In this document: piece by piece, positions 48,433 to 59,557 of the stretch
Layout: each line of letters opens with the position of its first letter
Numbering within the stretch: the first letter of the stretch is position 1
Source of the DNA: Chlorokybus atmophyticus
Lineage: Eukaryota > Plantae > Mesostigma and Chlorokybus algae
DNA length: 64,000 nt
Direction of reading: 5' to 3'
Assembly (NCBI GenBank): GCA_009103225.1
Contig: RHPI01003009.1
Span: 86,091-150,090 of the forward strand
Position numbers and translations under genes: made by a program
The notes under the pieces: model-generated
The model's database searches: none
What the model was told of the DNA's origin: nothing
The model's input: only the letters and a program-made list of their open reading frames with translations

Positions 48433-50894
48433 GGATGCCTGAAAAGTTTCTCAACCCCTCTCCGGGCGTGCACCTCGCCGCCCTCCGGCCGCCGCAGTCG
48501 CTCAACGGGCTCTTGCTCAAGGCTGTAGCACCGCTGGCAGGCTGGTAGGCAGCGAGCGCTGCTGACTGACACATGGAATCTGCAGTACACGTGTATGATT
48601 ACTGCGGTACCGCTGCCGGTTTGATTCCTGATGATTATTATGAGGCCAATCAAATGGACAGTAGGTAGGCCTACCAGCTAATGCTTGCATAGATTTTGCA
48701 TTGCCACAAGCCTTTTGCTTGAGAATTGAACATGAGACCTGTTTGTATGTGAAGTCCAACATGTTCACATATCAAGGGATGATTATGGTTTATGACTAGT
48801 AACGTTCATAAACCCTACATTGATAAAAGCTCGTGATTTGTCACTAGCTGATTTCGGGTATGTTTTATTGCAACCATTGGTGAAGCTTTGCTTGTTGGAG
48901 TAAATGTTATGTTATTTTGTGGTTCGGTATAATATGCTTTGCTATGTTGTGTTTTTTGAGTGCGTATATCCTGCCGTGCACGCGTTATACAACAATTAGA
49001 GTCATACTATTACGCCGTGTTACGCTAGCTATTATTATACAAAATATGTAATAATGAGTCGTTATTACATACTATGCATACCCTATGTATTGTCACACAA
49101 CCGGGCAAGGGCAATAGCGAAGCTAGCTACTTAGGTTGTATACGCAGCCTGGTGGTGTAACAAGTTGTTGGCTGGCATGTGGGACCGTGCTTGTGCTTGC
49201 ATATGTCACAAAGCCGTGCAATGGTTAGTCACATGCACACCATTGCATGTATTCTACACAAAGTGATGATCACACAAACTTCATGTGCACTTGTGTAAAA
49301 GACCACAGATAGCAAGTGACATTTTGTGCGGAAGCACCTATTTGTGAGACATACCTTATGATATTGTTAAGCACATAATGTTCTACTCGTACTACACTGA
49401 TACCCACAAAAATCGTTTGTATCTATAGGTTAAATGACGACCAAATGCTAGTTTGAGGACATATAAGGGTCCAGGTAGGGGCAAAAGTGAGTGTACGTGC
49501 TTGAAAACTGCGAGGTGAAAAGTTGGATAATCATATGCAAGTAACAACTCCAAGTTTTTATGCTACCACAAACATGCTTATTTAGTTGCCCCGCGTGTTT
49601 CCGCACATTACCCCACAAATGAATGCCTGATAAAAATGCATGCTGCAGGGAAAGTTATCTATCCGCTATCTGCTAGGTCGGTTTTTAAGTGGTATATACA
49701 AGGCAACAAATATCAACATGACGGTTGTGCTCATGCAACATGTTCGTCGCCTGCCAACGGCCAATGATGACCTTATTTGATTGAATGTATTGCAAACCAT
49801 TGCAATACATTCAATCAAATTATCCAACATATAAACATGCCTTACAAAACCATTATGTTATAGTACATGCATTTCATATACACGTACATATGCATAAGAT
49901 GCATGTATTACGTGACTCATATGATCAATGGGATTGCGTGGCTTATATTGTAATGCATCTATCCACATGTTGGCATAGGTATGTATAGTGTGGCTGCTCA
50001 ACCATATACACGCATTGTGCCAAGTTGAATCGGCAAAGGGTCGTACATATCATGTGGTATGTAATCAATACATGTGCACATCATGTTGTACTCTACGAAT
50101 TATAAAATGGTGTTATACTTGAGACCAGAAGGTGGTGCACATGATGTCATGCTATGCCATGTGTTGAATGCATGCCATGATTGTGCTCAAGCATTAGGGG
50201 TGGCCCACTCATACCAAAGCCTTGGTATGCTATGCTGTGCACACACGCCCACACCATCACTACCCGCATCCATAGTGACGCAACATGCTCCACACAACCA
50301 CAGCCATAGCTGCTTGGCAAGCCCATAGCGTCGCCCCACCCTCAACCCCAAGATTACCTGGAGGGAAACGCCACTATCAGCAAGTTGCCATGCATGCGGG
50401 CAACTGCCAACTCCGGCCGGCCAAGCTTTTACATCTAAGTGACTACGCTATATGAAAACCTGTGACTGCAATGCTTTTTTAATGTGTGCTCATTGCTTCA
50501 ATATTTGCGAATCACAACATGTTGAACAATTACACGTGATTGATTACTAGACATGTCAGTTTACAACCACGTCAACATAGGACTAATAAAAGCATGCACA
50601 TGCAACATACATCTACACAATAGCTACAGTCTTTGCCTACAATGGCCTACTAGCAAACACGGCATCTGTTGCAGCAATGCACAAATGGCAATCTAGTTAC
50701 TCAAACAAGTTTGCGCATACGTGCCCGTGCTACACACTTGCACGTCGCACCACTAGGGTTTGATGCGGACTGCCATTGATCTACACAATGCAATCTGTCA
50801 ACAGGTTGAAGCGGTCTTCTTGTCACTTGAGGTACGCAATCTATATACAAAGACTACTAGCGAGCCTGCACGCCAGTAAGCAGCTATGTAGCAG

Positions 50895-50962
50895 TGCCGC
50901 CACACACTGGTCGGGCAATCACCAGACTTGCATCTTTCAGCGACTGCCGTCATGCTTGCTGC
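50895..50962 (-). promoter_or_regulatory. SECIS element (form 2) of SELENOW-like gene B
   Basis: Minus strand ATGA-CGGCAGTCGCTG-AAA-GAT-GCAA-GTC-TGGTGATTGCC-CGAC: long helix II with G-U pairs, AAA and a mini-stem with a GCAA loop. Core is shared with the SECIS of gene A. Confidence 0.88.
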
Positions 50963-51008
50963 TCCTATGCATGCACACACATCCATCTTCACAATATACT
51001 TGAAACCT

Positions 51009-52044
51009 CTATTCGCTTCCACCCGGTGGTGAAGCTGGTGGCTTGATATCACTCTGCTCCTGCAGCAGAGTGGCCTCCACTGCATCCAGCACTCGCTTAC
51101 TCTTTGTGCTTGTGTTGAACTGCAATGAAACATTCTCAGAACGGCTGCGTTAACGCACTTGCATAACCACATTGCCAATCAAACAAGACAAGCTCCCACT
51201 CACATAGCCTTCACCGTTCTTCTTTGAGAAAATCAACTCTCGCGTTCCATCCTTCTTGACTATTTCGACTTCTGCAGCAACATGTCTTACTTACAGACTT
51301 CCCCAACACATCAAAGTTATGTAAATTATGCAAGTCGTCAGTAGACAACTAGGAATGAGACTCTGGCAGTTGCAATGCTGTGCATGAAACCAAGCAAAGC
51401 ACGCCAAATAAACTGCAGAATGCAACACTCACCAAACAAGCTTGTTGTCTTCTGTGTCGGTGTTCCTACCTGAACAACATATGACAGCGCTGGTCAAAGG
51501 TTGCAATAGCAATACCGCATGCCTTCTGCAAAACAACTACCAACTTGGTAAATCATGTCACCAATCAACATCGTTTCATCATGCAGTGCAATACCACTTG
51601 CAGCCGCCCAGGAAACCTCGCATTGAGGGCACTCTCAATGCTTCGGTAGTGGGTGCCGTACACTCCTACACAACAGCAGTGGCTCTGTCAATGCTTGTAG
51701 ACACAACTGCATCTGACATAATCGGTTTGTGAATGGCATGAGTATCCTAGCCTACAGCACAAGAGACACAAGAAACTAAACTGGTACCTCATCCGCCGCT
51801 GCAGGACGAGCAGAAGGTTCAATCCGTGCGCCACATAAGCACAATGCGGCATCAGCAACATGACATGAGATTTGTTCAGGTCTTTCAAGAGCGAAGGTAA
51901 CAACCACACTTACCAGTAAGTAACTTCAATCCGTAGGCGCTCCTCTGGAAGCAAAGGGACAGCCGGTGGCGGGAAAGCGTCGGCAGCAGCGGCAGCTTGC
52001 CGCTGCGACGCCGCACCGCCGTCCGACCCACAGCAGTTGCCCAT
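51009..52044 (-). CDS. SELENOW: Selenoprotein W-like (CxxU), gene B, with N-terminal MGNCC acylation motif
   Basis: Exons 52044-51914, 51798-51788, 51665 or 51662-51595, 51469-51433, 51271-51204 and 51119-51009, with the same phases as gene A. ...RIEVTYCGGU(G)VYGTHYRSIESALNARFPGRL...FEVEIVKKDGTRELIFSKKNGEGY... TGA at 51789-51791. Confidence 0.9.
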
Positions 52045-52719
52045 GCTTGTGTATGCAGGTCACCTCCTCAGCAAGCCATGCCGCTCATGCTGCCCACACC
52101 GCCGCCCCAGGCAAGAGTCTCACCGCCAAGCAAGCTAATGCTGTACTACGCTGTACGACAACAGCACGACAACGTGCTGAAGGGACTTCCAACATGATGG
52201 CACATCTAGTTGTGGAAGTTGTCCTTGTCCAGCTTTGGCGGGAAATGCTTCCTGCTTCCCGCGTTGTATTTATCCGGCGGGGCGCGGTCGCCACGTCAGC
52301 CCGCAGGTCGTGCCCATCCGTTAGGCAGGACGTAACGCCTGCATGTTGGCCAAGCCTCACCCGGCAGCCGCTGCGCTGCGGACAAAGCGGCTGCACTGCA
52401 GCAGTAGCTGCTGCACAGCGGTGGCAAAGCACCTGCAGTATTCGGCTGCTTTGTTCAATTGATTGCTCCATTGCTCTGCTTGCTTGCCAACGGCGACGGT
52501 GGCGGTGGCGGTGGCGGTGGACGTTGTTGAGGAGGTTGTTGTGGTTACCGACAGGGTGTGCGTGAAGCTCGGTGTTTGCAGGGCTGGTTATCATAGGTTG
52601 TTCTGCTAAGTGGTTGGCTTTGTATTGGTGTTGTTCCGTGTGCGGTCGGTGGGTTGTTAAGGTGCACAAAGTGCGGGAAAGGGGAGTTGTTGTGTGCATA
52701 CCGTCGTGGTGCAGGGACA

Positions 52720-54170
52720 ATGGCTGGGGAGGGTGAGTTTGGCAGTCAGTCCCAGCTCAAGTCAGCGGCGCTCATGGATCAGATGAAGGCTCACCTGGGT
52801 ACCGACGCTGGCAAGGAGTTGCAGAAAAAGATTGGTGCGTGTTGAAAGTCGTGACGTGGTGCTTGAGCTAGGCGTACAGTTTGCTGCATGCCACTGCTTG
52901 CAAGTTCTGTGTCCAATGTGCAGAAGAATTGTGTGTATGACAGTGGTTATCTACACAATTAACGACATATGAATGTATGTGAATGTGGATTGACACAGTG
53001 CTAACCCCGGTAGTTTGACGCACTGTTATCATCCTGCAACAACTGTGTTTAGGCTGATGACAGCACGGCATACAACCTGCACGCAAGCACCGGCGACCAA
53101 CGTCTAGCGCGCCTTACATGGGGTANNNNNNNNNNNNNNNNNNNNNNNNNNNNNNNNNNNNNNNNNNNNNNNNNNNNNNNNNNNNNNNNNNNNNNNNNNN
53201 NNNNNNNNNNNNNNNGGGCAAATGGCACGCGTTTACACCGTACAGTTAGCGCATAACAACCTGGGTTCAACTGTGGTTTTATCCATAGTTGCTGCACTTT
53301 ACGCAAGCGCTCTCGTCAATGCATGGCTAGCCATATACAGTATATACAGCTTTGTAGTCCAGTGCACGCTGTCTTCACTAGGTGTCTGCTTGCACTCTCT
53401 GCAGCTTTGGCGGTCAGTACATATGTGAATGGCACCAACCAACTGGACGTACTGCATTGATGAACCCGTGTGCGCCATGTAATGCCTTCTGCGCCTGTGG
53501 ATTTGTAGCTGCCTTGGTTGTTCTGCCCGGCCGGTTGGTTGACCGTACAATAAGGCTAAACACATTTTTTCTTGCAGGCTATGTCTATCAACTCAACATC
53601 TCTCCAAAGGTACCACTCAAGTAACCACTTGATGCTTGGTTGATACGACAGGCGCCATGCAGTGCCACTGTCTTGATCTGCTACTTGCGCAGAAAATTGG
53701 TATCAATGCCGAGTCGTTTATAGTGGATCTCAAACAATTGAAAGTGACGAAGGGTGAGTTGTATGGACAAGCTTTTACCTAGCCTGCTGTAGCATATTCT
53801 GCTCTAGCATTTGTACTAGTAATGTGCATGGCACTGGTGCCAACAAGACCAACGTGTCACGCAGGTGAACAAGACAGTGCAGATGCAACGTTCTCCTTCA
53901 CAGATGATGACTTCATTGCTATTTCGTCAGGCAAGATGAACCCTCAGATCGCGTTCATCCGGTAAGAAAGCAGCGTTGCATCGCCCCAACAACCCTGCTC
54001 TGGCTTTCATTGTAGTGCTGGTGTGATCAAGCTTGGCATGGCTTGCGAACATGACTTGCGAGCCATCGACCCAAACATGCGGATGCAGGGGGAAAATGAA
54101 GATCAAGGGCAGCATGGGGGCAGCAGCTAAGTTTACTCCCGACATTTTCCCCAAGACTTCCAAGTTGTAA
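52720..54170 (+). CDS. SCP2: Sterol carrier protein 2, peroxisomal
   Basis: LKSAALMDQMKAHLGTDAGKELQKKIG|YVYQLNISPK, ADATFSFTDDDF, GKMNPQIAFIRGKMKIKGSMGAAAKFTPDIFPKTSKL*, ending in PTS1 SKL. Confidence 0.93.
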
Positions 54171-55268
54171 GAATTGAATAGGGCAGCAGGGCGGCTGTTT
54201 CCTTGTATTTGTTTAAACCGTTGTTGTTTCCTACTGCATACCCGCCTTGGGCCCTGCTTTGGCGCATCCAACACGGGTTAGCATTGGTCATCCTTGGCTG
54301 CTTGCCTCTAGCTGGATGCAGCTGCCTGAGGCAGACTTATCGCTGCTGGTGCGGTCAGATTAGGTACATTCTTGATGATAGGTGTCTTGACTATAATGCC
54401 TGCAGGAGCTAGTTGCTGTATGTGTTTACATTGTCAATAAACACACATTGGCTTATCATATGTACCACTTCAACCATCAAGCGCGTTGCACAGTCGTGGG
54501 CACAGTATATATTGCCAACCCTATATGCCCTGGGCAGCCCAGGGCACAACCAACTCTGGAGGTTTAGGTGGCCCGCGTTGTAGGCAAGCGCACGCACGCA
54601 GTGAAGAGCCAATTCCTCAGAAGCTGCCCTGCCGTGGGCTTTTGCTACAGCAGGCCTGTATGTATGTGTTGACCACTCAAGGGGGGTTGCAGCCCTCTCC
54701 TTCACAGATCAGTGCAATTCACCTGCATTCCGTCTGCAAATTGATGCGCACTCCAAGCAGCCAAGCATGCAACCATAGCCAAAAGCTTACAATACTATTT
54801 CAGTCATGCACACCCATCTCGACTGAACTTCTGCTGCAGCATTGTTTGACATGGGTAATGCTGGAACTGGCATGAGCTCCGTAGTTACGCAGAAGCATTT
54901 CTATGTCAAGCGACTTGTGTGAGCTGTCAGCTTTAACGGCACAGGTGCATCACAATGGTACCATGCGACTGCTGCTAGCAGGGTATCTGCAGAGCAACGC
55001 GACTACTGTTTGTGCAAGCGAAATGCGCTACAGCTGATATGGCTGGAAGCACACGATATTAGTACACAAATTGTTGCTCTCTGCAGCTTGCCAGCACAAC
55101 TTCCAACAGGATGGAAAGCGTGCACTTGCCTAGGCAAGCATGCAGCAAAAACACGGCATGCGTGTCAGAGTAGTAACAAAAAAAACATGCCACTGACACT
55201 CTGGTGTGCAAAACAAGACATTGCACGAGGTGGGTAACCGCAACAGACCACTGCCTGCAAGATGAACT

Positions 55269-57810
55269 TCACCTGCCTCTACCTCTGCCTCTGCCCCTGC
55301 CCCTACTGCCAGCACCCTTGCCTTTTCTCTCCTGCAACTTGGCCCGCTTCTTGTTGACAAAAGTCTGCCGCCGATCAGCTCGCGTGCCGACTGGCTCGGG
55401 CCGCGCACGCTTGATCGCAGCCTTGTCCTTGTCAGCGGCATCAAACTCATCGCGCCTACCTGGTGAGGCACCTTGCCGCTGAAAAGGTTTTCGCCACTTG
55501 TGAAGCCCGCGGGTGAAGGAGTCGTCCGGCTCTTCTCCTACCTCCTTTCTGTAGTACTCCGCGTCATCATCATAGTCATCATCATCATCGTTTGCCACAT
55601 CAGCATAGGCGTTCTCCTCTTCGGGCTGTTACACAAGCAAAGGTGTCAATGTGGCATGCTGAGTGTGCTTGTCAACAGCTCATTTGCGTATCTCAACAAA
55701 CCTGTTCCGTGCTCTCGCCACGCTTCCGCTTGCCTTTCTGCTTCAACTCTTCAGCTGCCTTCTTGCGTGTGACATTCTCGTCCTGCTGCTTCTTGCGCTC
55801 TGCCTTGAGCCGAACTTGTTCGTCTTTCCTCTTCTGCAGCTCTGCCACCTCCTCTTCTGACCTTTGAATGTAACCATGGTAGAGGACTTTCCCATCACAC
55901 AGTCCCTCCTCAACCTGCAAAGGTGTACATTGAGGGCAGGCTGCAAGTCTTGAGCATAAACTTGTACACACGAGTGTTGCAACAGCACGTGAACAACGAT
56001 GAATACAACAAACACACCTTTACAAGCTCCAATTCCATGCGCGGGCCAATCTCATGAAGCTTCACAGCGCTGAGCATCCCCGAGCGCCCGGGCTTTGCAC
56101 GCTTGGAAGCTTGAGGTAGAGGCACTTGCGAGGCCTCGTCCTCGACTTCACTATCGGATGCATAACCAGCACGCGTCATGAACTCACTCACGTCCGCCAA
56201 CTCCCCCAGGTTTGGTAATTGCCTCTTCTGCAATGCACACATGCATCATCACATGTGTGGGAAACCCAACTATAGCTTAATGTTGTGAACTACCAGCGTA
56301 GTATAACTGCGCAAGGTACGGTAACGACCACTGTGTGTGCTATCACAGACATAAACACAAAGGCACACGCAGACACAACAGGCACGCACGCTCAAACACA
56401 CCCGTGCCTGTGCAAGCAAAAGTACACTTACGCACAAGACAGCATGGCGTGTACCTGTAACAGGTGGCGGATGGGCTTTGACACGCCAGCAGGTGCCGCC
56501 TCAATGGCGTAGTGTCGAAAAAACACACGGGCAGTAGCAGCATCGTAGTGCAGCAGCGCCACTCGCTGGCACTGCGACAGCTTGATGGTAGCGACGTTCA
56601 AGGCGGGAAACATGTTCTGAAACATGACTGTGCAGAGCTTTAGATGCTCCTCCCCTGTGTTGAAGTTGTTTAACACAACAAGAGGAGAGGTCTTGAATGC
56701 GGAGGCTGGAGCGCGCGGTCTCTTTTGCAATGACACCACATCTCTGCAGCATTGAAGCGGCATTACATCAACGCTCACAGCAAAAACAAACATGAACCTA
56801 CTGCTAGCCGAGTCAAATAAGAACGCGCACCCACATGCTTGCATGCGTGTACGTGTACGTGCGCGCATTGCTGTGGGTGTAGCTTAAGCCTAGGTTACCA
56901 AGAGTTACAAGACATCCTTGTGAAGTGGTTTGCACGCACCTTGCGAGCGAGTAGCCATGAATGCGAAATGTTAACGTTGGTCCTCGTGGCATCTTAGCAA
57001 AGCGAACATATGCGGCGGTGGAGGTTGCGGACAGCATGACGAGGTGTGAGACGCCCAGCGGGCCCGCAACATGCACAAAATCCTTCAGACTGTTGCGCTT
57101 AGACTCGCGCAGTCGTGTGGCTGTATGCGGCATCATCACCTGAGCAAAAATGAGTCAGATGCGCAAGGTGCATGCCACTTGCGCGCCAAACGCGGACCGG
57201 TCTATACGACACTAATCTACATATACACTTGCATATGGAGCAAGACAGTGTGCATGGGTGCTGCTAGCGACCTGAAGCGCACATAATAATGGACACCTGC
57301 TTACCATTACGTTGTGTAATTTTAATGTAACACAACCGTTTTCAAGCACGCAGCTTAGCAGTCTTAGTGGCAGCCATACAAGCTGCTTTCCACGCTGCCC
57401 AGATTACGTGAACAACGTCAAACTGGCGTACAAGCAGTAATAACTGGTACCAGGTATTTCAACAAGTCGCAATTTCGTGGACCAAAAGTCCTTTTGCTCG
57501 CATTGTCGATTGCATGGAAGGAGCCAAGCTACCAACAGCTCAGCAATATGCTATCGCTGACATGTTGTTCCTGGAGCATTGAATTGATGGAAACGTGGCG
57601 CCAATTGTATTGGAAACAACCAACCTGTCTGAGGTTCATTTCCAGTTCCCGCAGCGCTTTGCCAGAGATAGCAGCCCCCTTCCCCCGCCGCATGACAAAG
57701 CTGCGAGGCGGGCCCTTCTCCCCAGTCGTCGCAGAGGTGGGCGCCGCAGCGCCATCCCCCCCAGCACCCGCCTGGTGCGTGCGCTTCTTCTTCCTCCTGG
57801 TCTTCGCCAT
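55269..57810 (-). CDS. PPAN: Peter Pan / Ssf1 Brix-domain ribosome biogenesis protein
   Basis: [99 protein letters not shown]. Confidence 0.95.
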
Positions 57811-58179
57811 CCCAGCAACCTCACAAAAACCACTTACAACCCAGCTACCACAGCAACAACAACTACTACTACAGCGACAAGCCGACTAACCTCCCAAACC
57901 CTCCCTACCTCCCTGCCTGTCTGCCTGCCTGCCTTGTGAACTTACAGTGCGTCCTGCAGCTGCTGTGTGCAAAGCCAACAACCCAGCACAAATACGCCTC
58001 TGAGACGCGTGCACGCACAGTCCAGACCGCCGCCAACTCCAACCCGCCTCCACAAGCTCCGCCGCCTCCGCCGCCGCCGCCGCCGCCGGTGCACCACCTT
58101 CCAAATCTTTCACTTGCGACACTTGCGAGATAAAGTTTTTGACTGGAATTGCTTGGCGTCGTCGTCGGCGGCGGCGGTC

Positions 58180-59557
58180 ATGGGCATGAAGTAAGTATGT
58201 TGTGGGTGTCGTTGGGCAGAAGAAATTTGAAGTCCAACCATTTGAAGTCCAACCATTTGCCCGGGGGCGCCTACGACATTGACAAAACGATGTAGCTGGT
58301 CCTCTATAAACAATCGCAGCAAGTTCTGCAGCTGGGCACAACACTGCCACCACAAGCAGCTAGCTTGTGGTGGCAGTAATGCTGTGACTTTTTGCCCAGG
58401 GCGAGCTTGCTGTACTCCCGTAGTTGGATTGTGCCGTAGCTTAGTCACACAACAAATGCGGTAATGCGCTTCAGTTGCTTTCTCTAGAGGAGTTGTCAGC
58501 TTGAACACAGCATGGTGGTGTACAAGCGCGTGCTAGCGCTGCAGCTCGCTGCGTTGGAGGTTGGGACGACATGCGAGTGCGTGGGAGTTGCCGTTGATGT
58601 CGACCCTGCCCCAGCCTTCGTGCGCATAGGAGGTAGGCTCATGCACAAGCCGGATGTAGCGCAGTTTAACCCAAGCACGCTTGTGCATTGTGCTCCGCTG
58701 CGTGTCCACAATTATGAGGTGCTCCGGTCCACAGCTGTTGTTGCGTGAGCAGCATGTTAGTGTGTTGCCTATGAGTGTGTGTTTATTAGATACATGTGCT
58801 TGACACTACCCTGCTGACACTTGCTCCACCTACCGTAACCATGGGCGCACGCATGCATGCATACACGGGCATGCGCACAATGATTATCACCTGTCTGCTG
58901 CTTCATGCCAGCAGGCCTGTTGTGAATGAGCGCGAGGTCTGCCTGGCTTTCCCGCATGCAAGACGCCAGCATGCATGCATGCGCAATGTCCCCTGTTTCC
59001 GGAAGCATCCTCTGTTGTTAGCGCGTGGTCAGAGAGCTGCTATCAAACATGCTTACATATGTGCACAACTCAGTGTTGCATGGTGTTGCTCAGTGGACGA
59101 TGGAACCGGCATAGTGCACTGCATCCTCTGGCCCAAGGAGCACGGGCCACCTCTTTTTGACAAGGAGGGGTCGTTGATCGCAGTGCGGCTGGGAGACTTG
59201 GTTCGCGCGCAAGGCAAGCTTCGAGAATGGGAAGGCCGGCGCGAGCTCTCACTACATTCGTTCCGTAAGTTAACTGGTTTATCACGTCCACACACAACGC
59301 ACACACGCACGCAGGCAGGCACGCATGCGTATACACTCCCATGCGTATGCACGCGCGCCCTTTTGCATGCATGCAAGTGCGTCAGATAGCATAACAGATA
59401 CACACACGCAACTTACAATTTCTTGCATGCAGAGGTTGAGGCGGACCCGAATGCGGCAACCCTCCACTGGCTGGATGTCATAGCGCATGACAGGCTTGCC
59501 CAACAGCAGCAGCAACACAGACATCAGAGGCTTCAGCCCAAGCGTCAACGATTCTAG
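58180..59557 (+). CDS. STN1: CST complex subunit STN1 (OB fold)
   Basis: VDDGTGIVHCILW, RLGDLVRAQGKLREWEGRRELSLHS and VEADPNAATLHWLDVI. The 5' exons and start (58180 vs 58512) are uncertain. Confidence 0.8.

Noticed and set aside
58226-58257. 15-bp tandem duplication ATTTGAAGTCCAACC containing CHR-like TTTGAA
   Set aside because: Only two copies, probably intronic; a simple slippage duplication explains it.
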